NCBI GenBank assembly: GCA_037308085.1
Contig: CP147779.1
Coordinates: 486,184-550,183, forward strand
DNA from: Promethearchaeati archaeon SRVP18_Atabeyarchaeia-1
GTDB taxonomy: Archaea > Asgardarchaeota > Atabeyarchaeia > Atabeyarchaeales > Atabeyarchaeaceae
Reading direction: 5' to 3'
DNA length: 64,000 nt
Part shown: in pieces, positions 1 to 8,737 of the stretch
Position numbering within the stretch: position 1 is the stretch's first letter
How the letters are laid out: each line of letters opens with the position of its first letter
Translations under genes and position numbers: made by a program
The notes under the pieces: generated by a model
What the model was told of the DNA's origin: nothing
Seen by the model: only the letters and a program-made list of their open reading frames with translations
Databases searched by the model: none

Positions 1-99
1 TAAACGTTTCCAAATGCTTCCTAGCGAGAAGAAAGCGAAATAAGCGATTCCAGAAGTATTTGGAGTGCAGGCATAGAAGTCGGCAACCTATTTGCTGCA

Positions 100-837
100 T
101 TGAGGTGTGTGGCGAGAGTGACAATCAGAATAGCTTTGTATGATGACAAAGAGGACGTGAAGAACTGCCACTTCTTAACCGGCTTCCACGGAGTAGGGCT
201 GACCGGCTATATCACAGTCAACCATATTGTGAAGTCGCTACACGCACATCCTATTGGTTATGTAGAAACTCAACACCAGCCCGCTTTAGTTTCGCTGGCA
301 GAAGAAAGGATATCTTTTCCGTTCGAGATTTTCAGACACGACGACATTGTGATACTCTTCCCCAGGGTGCAACCCAAGCGGTCTGAAGTCAGGGAATTCA
401 CACGCGAGATGGTCAAATGGGTTACCGAGAATGAAATGAAGGATGCAGTATTAATCGGTGGGTTGGACAACAGATTCAAACAAGAGAATGCAACAATGAG
501 ATGTGTTCCCACAAGACCTTCACTTGACAGAGCGAAGACTTTGAATATCCCATTGCTGGAGGAAGCTCTTTTCGTCACCGGACCGCTGGCGCTGATGCTA
601 ACGTATTTTGAGATGAAGACCTTCCCCGCTATTGCATTATTGCCATACTCAGAGAGAGGCCGACCGGATCCCAGAGCTGCGGCCTTGGCGGTCAAGGAGA
701 TTAACAGCCTATTCTCCCTGAACGTCGACGATCTCGAGTTAATCAACGATGCGAAGAGAATAGAGGATGAAGTGACCAAGATAATAAACGGGCAAAAAGA
801 AAAGGCAGGCGACGATTCCCAGACAATGTACACTTAG
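100..837 (+). CDS. PAC2-family (proteasome assembly chaperone-like) protein
   Basis: 245-aa ORF with an N-terminal FLTGFHGVGLTGY motif, typical of the archaeal PAC2/DUF75 family. There is no early ATG, so the start is probably a TTG or GTG between 100 and 136. Confidence 0.55.
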   Translation: MRCVARVTIRIALYDDKEDVKNCHFLTGFHGVGLTGYITVNHIVKSLHAHPIGYVETQHQPALVSLAEERISFPFEIFRHDDIVILFPRVQPKRSEVREFTREMVKWVTENEMKDAVLIGGLDNRFKQENATMRCVPTRPSLDRAKTLNIPLLEEALFVTGPLALMLTYFEMKTFPAIALLPYSERGRPDPRAAALAVKEINSLFSLNVDDLELINDAKRIEDEVTKIINGQKEKAGDDSQTMYT

Positions 838-994
838 AGTTCTGTCCCTGACCGATTCTGCTTTTATCGAGGCACTTTTCCGTCGTCTCAGATCATACAA
901 CCCCACAACTTCTGAAACATCTGAAAACATTTATGAGACGAATGTTTCATTCAAACTGCTATCGTATTTTTCATCAAAAACGAGGTGATTAACA

Positions 995-2285
995 GTGGAA
1001 GAATACGCTGTCAAAGACTTAAGCCTAGCACCTCAAGGACATAGCAAAATAGATTGGGCGGAATCTCACATGCCAGTTCTCATGATAATTCGTGAACGAT
1101 TCGCAAAAGAGAAGCCACTGGCTGGCAAGAGAGTATCAGCTTGTCTTCACGTAACCAAAGAGACGGCCGTGCTAGCAAGGACGCTCCGCGCGGGTGGAGC
1201 CAAGGTCGCGCTGTGCGCATCCAATCCTTTGTCGACGCAAGACGATGTTGCAGCCGCTTTGGCCAACGAGGGTTTCAACGTATATGCTTGGAGAGGCCAG
1301 AATACAGAGGAATACTATGATTGCGTAAACAACGTGCTTAACTACGCCCCTAATATCACTCTGGACGACGGGGCTGACCTGATCACAAGCATTCACACGA
1401 AACGCCAAGAACTATTCAAAGGAGTGATAGGTGGATGCGAAGAAACTACTACTGGCGTAATCCGACTCAGGGCCATGGCAAAGCAGAAAGTCCTCAAATA
1501 CCCAGTGATAGCTGTCAATGATGCACAGACCAAATGGTTCTTTGACAACCGCTATGGAACTGGGCAAAGTAGCATCGACGGAATATTGCGGTCGACCTCG
1601 GTTCTACTTGCTGGAACAAAAGCAGTTGTCGCCGGGTACGGTTGGTGCGGGAGAGGGATAGCGACTCGATTGAAAGGTATGGGATGCAGGGTGATTATCT
1701 CTGAGGTAAACCCCCTAAGAGCTCTTGAAGCAGTGATGGATGGGTTTGACGTAATGCCCATGTCTGATGCAGCAAGACAAGCAAGACTTTTCGTGACGTC
1801 CACTGGAGACAAGAAGGTGATAACAAGGGAGCATATAGACGCCATGCAGGATGGATCAATACTTGCTAATGCTGGGCACTTCAACGTCGAAATATGGGTT
1901 CCTGACCTTGAGAGTTTGTCTGTAAAGAAGAGAGAGATAAGGTCGAACGTCGAGGAATACACCCTAAAGGATGGACGACGAATATACCTATTGGCTGAAG
2001 GGAGACTCGTCAATCTGGCTGCGGCTGAGGGGCACCCCAGTGTTTGCTTCAGCAGTAACTAGCTGGGCAACTGGACAGGTCATGGATATGAGCTTCTCAG
2101 ATCAAGCTCTCTCAGCTGAATACCTAGCTAAGGAAGGAAAAACACTGAAACCAGAGGTCTACCTTGTTCCGGCAAGAATAGACAATCTCGTCGCCGAATT
2201 GAAGTTGGAGTCGATGGGGATCAAGATAGACAAACTGACAGAGGAGCAGAAGGAGTACTCGCAAGGATGGACTGAGGGGACATAG
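995..2285 (+). CDS. ahcY: Adenosylhomocysteinase (SAH hydrolase), interrupted by a 34-nt BHB intron-like element at 2043..2076
   Basis: ORF 995..2062 reads as SAHH up to ...[12 protein letters not shown] frame 1971..2285 continues with [16 protein letters not shown]...[10 protein letters not shown]. Joining G2042 to A2077 gives GHPS-E-VMDMSF and a 418-aa product. GTG start at 995 with a GAGGTGAT Shine-Dalgarno (SD) sequence. Confidence 0.9.
2043..2076 (+). other. Candidate bulge-helix-bulge (BHB) intron inside the ahcY mRNA
   Basis: Outer helix A2034-C2036 / G2078-T2080. Bulge T2041 G2042 | T2043. Central 4-bp helix CCAG (2037-2040) / CTGG (2071-2074). Bulge A2075 C2076 | A2077. Inner helix TTGC (2044-2047) / GCAA (2067-2070). 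Cleavage after the second bulge nucleotide, the same position the tRNA-Arg and tRNA-Asn BHB models in this window require, removes 34 nt including an in-frame TAG. Confidence 0.7.
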
Positions 2286-2368
2286 TCTCCTCTCCCCCGT
2301 CTTTGTGGCACAGGATGGCGCTCAAGTAGATTTGCCCCGTTATCGCCAAAACACGGTGAGAAGTCAGT

Positions 2369-3016
2369 ATGGAAGAAAAAGACGGCCTCGGACGGGCACC
2401 CAACGCCAGCCCGACGAGAAGAGTCCATATAGCCGACATTTTTGCCACCGAGAATTCCGAACCGGCCCCTTCAAAGAATGAGCGGCTAGCCAACGTCAAG
2501 ATCTATGGGATAGTAATGGATAAGAGAGTTTTCCGCAGCGAAGGTAAGGTTGACTATGGAGTCATTTCAATCGATGACGGCAGCGGATTCTTGATCCAGA
2601 TAAAAACCTGGAGTGGCGAGACATCAGCAGTTGAAAAGATGGCAGTGGGAGATATGATTGACGTTGTAGGAAAAGTAAAGAAAAAGAATGCGGATGTCTA
2701 TGTTATTCCAAGTATAGTTCGCAAAATCGAAGACCCCAACTGGGAGACAGTAAGAGAACTGGAGATAATGAAGGATTCTCTGGTAGAGAGCAAGGCAAGA
2801 CTAACAAGGAGTGCGCCGCCTACACCTCATTCCAAAAGCATCGAATCAGAAATACTTGAAATAATAGAGGGGGGTAGCAACAGCGTCGGCGTCGAATACA
2901 AAGAACTGATAAAGCGCATCGAACACTCGAGTGAGGAAGAGATTAAAAAGACTCTGAAGGAACTACTTGATCAAGGAAAGATCTATGAGTCAAGGCCGAA
3001 TAGGTATAGAAAATGA
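2369..3016 (+). CDS. OB-fold plus C-terminal winged-helix protein (RPA32/Stn1-like architecture)
   Basis: The central region (VKIYGIVMD...ISIDDGSGFLIQIKTW...GDMIDVVGKV) looks like an OB fold. The C-terminus (ILEIIEG...EYKELIKRI...LLDQGKIYESRPNRYRK) looks like a winged helix-turn-helix (wHTH). Confidence 0.4.
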   Translation: MEEKDGLGRAPNASPTRRVHIADIFATENSEPAPSKNERLANVKIYGIVMDKRVFRSEGKVDYGVISIDDGSGFLIQIKTWSGETSAVEKMAVGDMIDVVGKVKKKNADVYVIPSIVRKIEDPNWETVRELEIMKDSLVESKARLTRSAPPTPHSKSIESEILEIIEGGSNSVGVEYKELIKRIEHSSEEEIKKTLKELLDQGKIYESRPNRYRK

Positions 3017-3044
3017 CGACTCGGAGCTGGAGGTAAGAAATCTT

Positions 3045-3458
3045 ATGGGCGAGTACGACTATGAGCATCTGCTTGACAGGGCAAGGTCTTCGGTCCCTGA
3101 AAAACTCTTTGCGAAGGATAGGTTTGACGTTCCATTGGCGTCAATCTTTCCAGAAGGAAGCAGGACGTTCGTTCTGAACTTTAAGGAAATCTGCGATACA
3201 TTAAATCGTGACCCAAACCAGCTGATGAAGTTCCTTCTTAGGGAGCTGGCCACATCAGGACTCGTTGAGGGTAACAGAGCCGTTTTTCAAGGCAAATTCT
3301 CTGACTCGACTCTTAATGATCTCATCAAGAGGTACACGAAGGACTATGTATTGTGCCCACTCTGTGGTCAGCCTGATACGACGCTGAAGAAGGAGGGGAG
3401 GGTAACCATTCTTGTGTGTGACGCGTGTGGGGCCAGAAACCCTGTGAGACCTACGTAG
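3045..3458 (+). CDS. eif2b: Translation initiation factor aIF2 beta
   Basis: YEHLLDRA...RFDVP...FVLNFKEICDTLNRDP..L.KFLLRELAT.G, plus a C-terminal CPLCGQPDT...CDACG zinc ribbon. Start chosen at MGEYDY; earlier in-frame ATGs overlap the upstream gene. Confidence 0.85.
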   Translation: MGEYDYEHLLDRARSSVPEKLFAKDRFDVPLASIFPEGSRTFVLNFKEICDTLNRDPNQLMKFLLRELATSGLVEGNRAVFQGKFSDSTLNDLIKRYTKDYVLCPLCGQPDTTLKKEGRVTILVCDACGARNPVRPT

Positions 3459-3489
3459 TTGACCCCATAGGTACGAATGAGGGAAAACT

Positions 3490-3786
3490 ATGGAGATATA
3501 CCTGAAGGAATTCCACTCAAAGGGAGATGTGGTCGTTGCGGCTTGCGACCCAGAACTCCTTGGAAAATGTTTCAAAGAAGGCAGACTAGTGTTAGACGTG
3601 AGAAAGGAGTTCTATGAAGGGTCCCTAGTAAGCGTTGAGGAGGCGCTAGCGGCAATAGAATCTTCAACGATAGCAAACATTGTCGGAGAGAAGATCGTAT
3701 TCAACGCAATCAAAGCAGGTCTCATTTGCGAGGAGAGCGTGCTAACAATCTCAAAAGTTCCACACGCTCAGAGGATTGTACTCTGA
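3490..3786 (+). CDS. DUF424-family protein
   Basis: 98-aa ORF (VVVAACDPELLGK...GEKIV..AIKAGLI) in its usual position next to aIF2 beta. Confidence 0.55.
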   Translation: MEIYLKEFHSKGDVVVAACDPELLGKCFKEGRLVLDVRKEFYEGSLVSVEEALAAIESSTIANIVGEKIVFNAIKAGLICEESVLTISKVPHAQRIVL

Positions 3787-3850
3787 TACGAGTATCCTTC
3801 AGTTGTGCCTCCACTTTTTCGTGTATGATGTCGCGACAGGTGAGCAAAGA

Positions 3851-4642
3851 ATGGCTAACCGAAAGCGGTTTTGCGTCGTCTGTGGTTCCGAAGAGACCCA
3901 GACCAATAGATTGTATAATGGCCTCTGCGGGAGATGCTCAGCAATCGAGAAACCCAGCGAAATCATCAACACGACTCCAACAATCAGACTATGTAAGATA
4001 TGCGGAAGTCTTGAAGAAAAGGGAAAGTGGATTGCTCCTAGCTCAGGGAAGCTGCAAGAAGATCTATCAACTCTATTGAGGAGAATGGCGACAAAGTTCG
4101 TCAGAGTTGAAAAAGAAGAGCGTGTCGAAGTATCAATTCCACAGATGCCGATTCCGATAGGCTCGAAAAGTGTACTCATACCTTTCTGCATTAGGACTAA
4201 GGGTGCCACCGGACAGCACGAGCATCCGCAACGAGAGTCCATGGCAAAAGTGAGGCTAACGCCCTCGATATGCTCTAACTGTACCCTGATGAAGCAGAAG
4301 TACTACGAGGCAACGCTCCAAGTCAGAACGTCCGACAAAAAGATGCGCCCAGAGGAAAGGGAGAACCTGTTGGGCAGAATAGATGCGTGGGTAGAAGAAG
4401 GGAGAAGAAAGGATAAACAAGCTTTTATATCAAAGTATGAAGATAAGCCTGAAGGATTCGACCTGTACTTGGGATCGCGTAGTCTAGCTTACTCGATTGC
4501 CTCGAAATTCAGAGCAATGAAAGGAACAAGCATCAAGGAAACATTCAAGATAGGAAATGTAGATAAGTCCACGGGCAAACGGAAGAGTAAAGCAACAATC
4601 CTGATAAGACTCCCCCCGCAAATAGTCGATGGTCCAGCTTAA
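3851..4642 (+). CDS. NMD3-family (60S export adaptor-like) protein
   Basis: N-terminal paired CxxC motifs (FCVVCGS...GLCGRC, CKICGS) with NMD3-like downstream sequence. Start at MANRKRFCVVCG. Confidence 0.6.
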   Translation: MANRKRFCVVCGSEETQTNRLYNGLCGRCSAIEKPSEIINTTPTIRLCKICGSLEEKGKWIAPSSGKLQEDLSTLLRRMATKFVRVEKEERVEVSIPQMPIPIGSKSVLIPFCIRTKGATGQHEHPQRESMAKVRLTPSICSNCTLMKQKYYEATLQVRTSDKKMRPEERENLLGRIDAWVEEGRRKDKQAFISKYEDKPEGFDLYLGSRSLAYSIASKFRAMKGTSIKETFKIGNVDKSTGKRKSKATILIRLPPQIVDGPA

Positions 4643-4747
4643 GAATGTGGGAAATCCACACATTATCAGAAGAATTAAAAACCTTGACCAACCATGTCTA
4701 GCCAGACAACCCTCACGCCAGACATGGCATGATCATGTTCAGGAGCG

Positions 4748-5074
4748 ATGGCATTGCCAAAGAAAACTAGAGGAGTTCAAGAACCCAGCTACGAAAGTGA
4801 AATCAAGCAAACCCGGATTCCCGGCAAGGGCGAAGTTGTTGGCGTGATTGTTCAACAACTTGGGTTTGATAGAGTAATGGTCAAGTGCGCCGACGGGTTT
4901 TCCCGCCTCTGCCGAATCCCAGGCAGGATGAAGAAACGGGTATGGCTTAGAGATGGAGACATCGTGTTGGTGGCTCCATGGGATTTCCAGTTTGAGAAAC
5001 GGGCTGACGTTGTATGGCGATACACTAGGTCCCAAGCCGAATGGCTCAAGAATAGGGGCTACCTGAAGCTCTGA
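4748..5074 (+). CDS. eif1a: Translation initiation factor aIF1A
   Basis: GEVVGVIVQQLGFDRVMVKCADGFSRLCRIPGRMKKRVWLRDGDIVLVAPWDFQ is the classic S1-like aIF1A core. Confidence 0.9.
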   Translation: MALPKKTRGVQEPSYESEIKQTRIPGKGEVVGVIVQQLGFDRVMVKCADGFSRLCRIPGRMKKRVWLRDGDIVLVAPWDFQFEKRADVVWRYTRSQAEWLKNRGYLKL

Positions 5075-5277
5075 GTCTGCTCCTGCATTTTCCTACCTTC
5101 CCTCTTATCACACTATTGCTCCTCTTTTCAGCAACTTCTTTTCATCTCTTCGCCTTGCCAGACGCGTCTGCAGGCGGAGACGTAGAATATTTAAGCGTCC
5201 GACTGGATCGCTTTCGTTGCACGTCCTCCCACCCATGAGGAGAGTGGGCATTTCCGCAGCCCAGAGGCGAATTACCC

Positions 5278-6063
5278 ATGGTAGGCGACGCTCTTGAGAA
5301 TCTTGAACGCAATAGAATAGACGCTCGAAACTTCAGAGTGAAGCGTAGCGAGGATCTCAAGACCATCGAAGGCGTTATCGATCAGTCTACTATGCTGGCG
5401 CTGTATAGTCTGATGAACAAGAACATCATTAAAGTAATTCATGGTGTTGTGGCAACAGGCAAAGAGTCAAACGTATATTGGGCTCAAGACGGTGCGGGAA
5501 AGAGCGCCGCTCTTAAGATCTATCGAACCTCGACGGCTGATTTTAGGCGGATGCGGGAGTATGTGATGGGAGATCCCCGCTTTGAGAGGATTAAACGTGG
5601 AACGCGCTCTCTGATATTCACCTGGGCCGAGAAGGAATTTAAGAACCTAATGATAGCCCAAGAGGCAGGTGTCCGCGTACCCAGACCAATCGCCGTGGAA
5701 AAAAATGTACTTGTAATGGAGTTCATAGGTAAGGAAGGTACGCCCGCCCCCAGAATGAAGGATAAGCCGCCCAGCAATCCTTCTGCCACATTCAAGAAGA
5801 TTCTTCGTTACGTGGACCTGTTATACAAGAAAGGCAAGATAGTGCATGCCGACCTCAGTGAGTACAACGTCTTGATGTGGAAGGGACCTGTAATAATAGA
5901 TGTTTCGCAGGCCGTGCACACGTCTCATCCAGCTTCTAAGGAGTACCTACAGAGGGACCTGCGCAACACAATAAAGTATTTCACTTCCCTTGGGGTTTCC
6001 ACCAAAAGCATCCCCCTCATCTATGAAGATATTACTGGTGAAAAAATGGAGAATTACGGTTAG
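5278..6063 (+). CDS. rio1: RIO-type serine kinase Rio1
   Basis: GVVATGKESNVY...ALKIYR...F..R..Y......W..KEF.NL...VP.P...NVLVMEFIG...VHADLSEYNVL. Sits in the conserved aIF1A-Rio1-KH gene order. Confidence 0.85.
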   Translation: MVGDALENLERNRIDARNFRVKRSEDLKTIEGVIDQSTMLALYSLMNKNIIKVIHGVVATGKESNVYWAQDGAGKSAALKIYRTSTADFRRMREYVMGDPRFERIKRGTRSLIFTWAEKEFKNLMIAQEAGVRVPRPIAVEKNVLVMEFIGKEGTPAPRMKDKPPSNPSATFKKILRYVDLLYKKGKIVHADLSEYNVLMWKGPVIIDVSQAVHTSHPASKEYLQRDLRNTIKYFTSLGVSTKSIPLIYEDITGEKMENYG

Positions 6064-6096
6064 TTCCCCCTACTTCGAAGGAATCGGTGTCTTAGT

Positions 6097-6675
6097 ATGC
6101 AAGCGAGAGAAGTAGTTAAGGTCCCACAGATAAGAGTGGGCGTAGTCATTGGAAAGAATGGCGAAATCAAGAGAAGGATCGAAGAGGAAACAAAGACAAA
6201 GGTCACTATAGACAGCAAAGAAGGCAACGTCACCATTGAGGCTTCTGAGACGACTGATGACCCACTTGCCGTTTGGAGAGCAAGAGATATTGTTGTCGCG
6301 ATAGCAAGAGGATTCAGCCCCAAGAAGTCTTTCAGATTGTTCGACGAGGACGAAGCGATGGAAGTGATAGACCTGACTGACTTTGTGGGGAGATCGGAGA
6401 ATGCCCTAAAGAGAATAAGAGGGAGGATAATCGGGGAAAACGGCAAGGCTAGACGCACAATAGAGGAGCTCACCGGCGTTAATATGTCAGTGTATGGGCG
6501 CACGGTCAGCCTTATTGGAGAATATGATCAGCTAACAGCGGCCAAGGAATCAATCATGCTTCTTATTCATGGAGCGCAGCATAGGACGGTCTATCGATTT
6601 CTCTATAGAAAGAGCAGGGAACTCAAGAAAGAGAGGCTTCAGTTATGGAAACCGGTGCAAGAAGCGAAAGGATAG
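6097..6675 (+). CDS. KH-domain RNA-binding protein (Dim2/Pno1-like)
   Basis: Two KH-like GxxG segments (VIGKNGEIKRRIE and IIGENGKARRTIE), directly downstream of rio1. Confidence 0.75.
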   Translation: MQAREVVKVPQIRVGVVIGKNGEIKRRIEEETKTKVTIDSKEGNVTIEASETTDDPLAVWRARDIVVAIARGFSPKKSFRLFDEDEAMEVIDLTDFVGRSENALKRIRGRIIGENGKARRTIEELTGVNMSVYGRTVSLIGEYDQLTAAKESIMLLIHGAQHRTVYRFLYRKSRELKKERLQLWKPVQEAKG

Positions 6676-6796
6676 CGACGTGCTACTCTTTATACTTGGC
6701 TGAAAATCCTTGACGATGGCTTTCCGAAAACCTTAATATTGCTCGCCGTTTCTACATATTTTGCAAAATCCGCGTCTGGGATTTCCCAGTGCACGC

Positions 6797-6943
6797 GCCG
6801 GGGTAGCTCAGCCAGGTAGAGCAGCGGGCTGTTAACCCGTCGGTCACACATGTCTAGTCGACGTGGACCACAGGTTCGAATGCTTGGAGGACATTGTCTG
6901 TCAACCATATCGTCCAAAGCCGAATTTCCTGTCCCCGGCGCCA
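6797..6943 (+). tRNA. tRNA-Asn(GUU) with two non-canonical introns and an encoded CCA
   Basis: Acceptor GCCGGGG/CCCCGGC. D arm GCTC..GAGC. Anticodon arm GCGGG-CTGTTAA-CCCGT. Intron 1 (about 24 nt) lies inside the T-stem, with BHB central helix GGTC/GACC and ACA bulges. Intron 2 (46 nt) lies at T-loop position 59/60, with a complete hBHBh' motif: ACAGG/CCTGT, TTCG/CGAA, and bulges AAT and TTT. The spliced T arm is ACAGG-TTCGAAT-CCTGT. Confidence 0.8.
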
Positions 6944-7010
6944 AGACGCGCATAGCCTGCCGACAAGACGGGCCATAACCGACGGCAGAATGACACAAGA
7001 CAGTACACGT

Positions 7011-7135
7011 GCTCCGGTAGTCTAGCCCGGTCATCCCTCTGGGTCCGAAAGGATAGAGGCCCTTCGAGCCTCCGACGCGGGAAGCCTTGCTCAAACAAGA
7101 AAGGCTCGCGAATCCGAATCCCGCCCGGAGCACCA
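7011..7135 (+). tRNA. tRNA-Glu(UUC)-like gene with a D-loop intron and an unresolved T-arm insertion; encoded CCA
   Basis: Acceptor GCTCCGG/CCGGAGC. D stem GTCT/GGAT with a 16-nt insertion after AGCCCGGTCA. Anticodon arm GAGGC-CCTTCGA-GCCTC. T stem GCGGG/CCCGC encloses about 38 nt. After any simple excision the loops read C33 and C55. Confidence 0.6.
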
Positions 7136-7314
7136 TTCATCGGCAAAGTGGTTCAGATGCCGTGGCTGACCTACACCTGCGAGAATAATCGCCACTATAC
7201 GAAGTGACCCGATGGAACTCCTTTCCCTAGAAGACTTCACAAACTTGGAACAGTAGTTTTAAATAGATAGGACTCGGGGGGAATACACAACGGACGGAGT
7301 GGCAGGAGGATTGC

Positions 7315-8055
7315 GTGTTGAAGAAAAGTCTTCTGATTACCTTTGCAGCACTAACGATTCTCCTAGTCGTCTCTGTGACCTCTTACACCTCGTCCGCGGC
7401 AGACGGCAATAAGCTGTATGGAGCACCCTCCCCGGCATACACCAAAGTCGGCGTGAAAGTAGGCGACTGGGCAGACTACTCAGTGAGCTCAAACCCGAAT
7501 TTCCCGGCTGACGGAATTCACTTGTGGTTCACAGCCATAAGTGGAACCATGGTCACATTCAGCTGGAGGACCCATTTTATCAATGAAACCGTGAGCACTA
7601 CAACGGGCACTGAAAACATTTCCCGACACGGTTCATTCGCCTATTTCTGGTTGGTCTGTCCGGACTTGGGAACAGGTGACCAGCTCGCCTTCAACAACCC
7701 GTATACGATAAACGGGACTTCCAGCATGTCTACCGGAGGCGAAGTTAGGTCAGTCAGCCACTTCAACATCAGCCACTCAGACATCCTTTACTTCCCTGGC
7801 GTTGACTATCTCGACATCTACTGGGACCAGGCGACTGGGCTTGGGGTCCTGAGTACCCACCACGAAGCCGCGGGCTGGTATAACTACACCTTAACTGGCA
7901 CATCTTTGTGGGGTCAAGGGATCCCAGTAGCATTCTTCGTCTTAGGTGTGGGCGCTGCTGCAGTCTTGATAGCAATTTCTTTGATCGTATTGCCAAGACG
8001 CGCAGCAAAGAGGATGGCCACCAAGCCAAAAGATCTGCCATCTGCTGGAAAGTGA
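7315..8055 (+). CDS. Hypothetical secreted protein with N-terminal signal/TM and C-terminal TM anchor
   Basis: GTG start after a GGAGGA SD. Hydrophobic N-terminus (LLITFAALTILLVVSV), a Ser/Thr/Asn-rich body, and a C-terminal helix (VAFFVLGVGAAAVLIAISLIVL) followed by basic residues. Confidence 0.5.
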   Translation: MLKKSLLITFAALTILLVVSVTSYTSSAADGNKLYGAPSPAYTKVGVKVGDWADYSVSSNPNFPADGIHLWFTAISGTMVTFSWRTHFINETVSTTTGTENISRHGSFAYFWLVCPDLGTGDQLAFNNPYTINGTSSMSTGGEVRSVSHFNISHSDILYFPGVDYLDIYWDQATGLGVLSTHHEAAGWYNYTLTGTSLWGQGIPVAFFVLGVGAAAVLIAISLIVLPRRAAKRMATKPKDLPSAGK

Positions 8056-8737
8056 AGGCGGAGGAGGAGAAGCTGGGTAAAGAGGCAAGCGATGCGGTGG
8101 ACAGGACAAAAGACAAAGTGCGCAGTGCACAGGGCAAGAGCGCCAAGAAAGTGGACGATAACGGTACGCCTACCGACTGAGCAGAAAACGAGGCAAGCAG
8201 CCGTCTCATTTTTCTGGGTATCCTCGCATCGCTTGATCACGACGTCCGCTGCGAGGAAGCCCACATCCATCTAGGGGTGGGCGGTTCATGGCGCTGGGAG
8301 TCACATATATGTGGCTTGTCCCCTGTTTTGGTAGAAGCGAGTCAGAGGGGGTGATAAGGGAATTTGACGAAGAACCTTGCATCTTATCGTGGAGGGATGA
8401 CGCTGGCAATAGCCGGTTTCATCTTTTCCCTGTTTGGTTTCTTGTCCGTTATGTTCAGCTCTGGATTGTCTTGGCTTCAAGGACTCCCGTTAATGGTTTT
8501 TGGTATTTCACTTGAGTTGCTGGGCATTGCCTATCGTCAATGACACGATGCCTAGCCATCGCCAAACGTATGCTGGATTAACTGGGAAGTCCAACTTTCT
8601 TTTTTTTACGTATTCTTCGGACTCCGTTTCAACTCGGTGTCTCAGTCTTGTGCCAATTCATTCTGCAGGGACGTTAAGACTATAAGCCAAAGAAGGTGTC
8701 ATTATGCTTGTCTAGTAGACGGAGGAGACGATTCGAT

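Noticed and set aside
6690-7146. ORFs 6690..7136 and 6901..7146 on the minus strand (148 and 81 aa).
   Set aside because: They lie antisense to the two intron-containing tRNA genes and have no family signal. They are artefacts of the GC-rich structured tRNA and intron sequence.
8397-8543. A 48-aa hydrophobic ORF (MTLAIAGFIFSLFGFLSVMFSSGLSWLQGLPLMVFGISLELLGIAYRQ), with an oligo-T run at about 8598-8608 downstream.
   Set aside because: The GGAGG lies only 1 nt from the ATG, which is poor spacing, and there is no family evidence. It is possibly real but not supportable from sequence alone.
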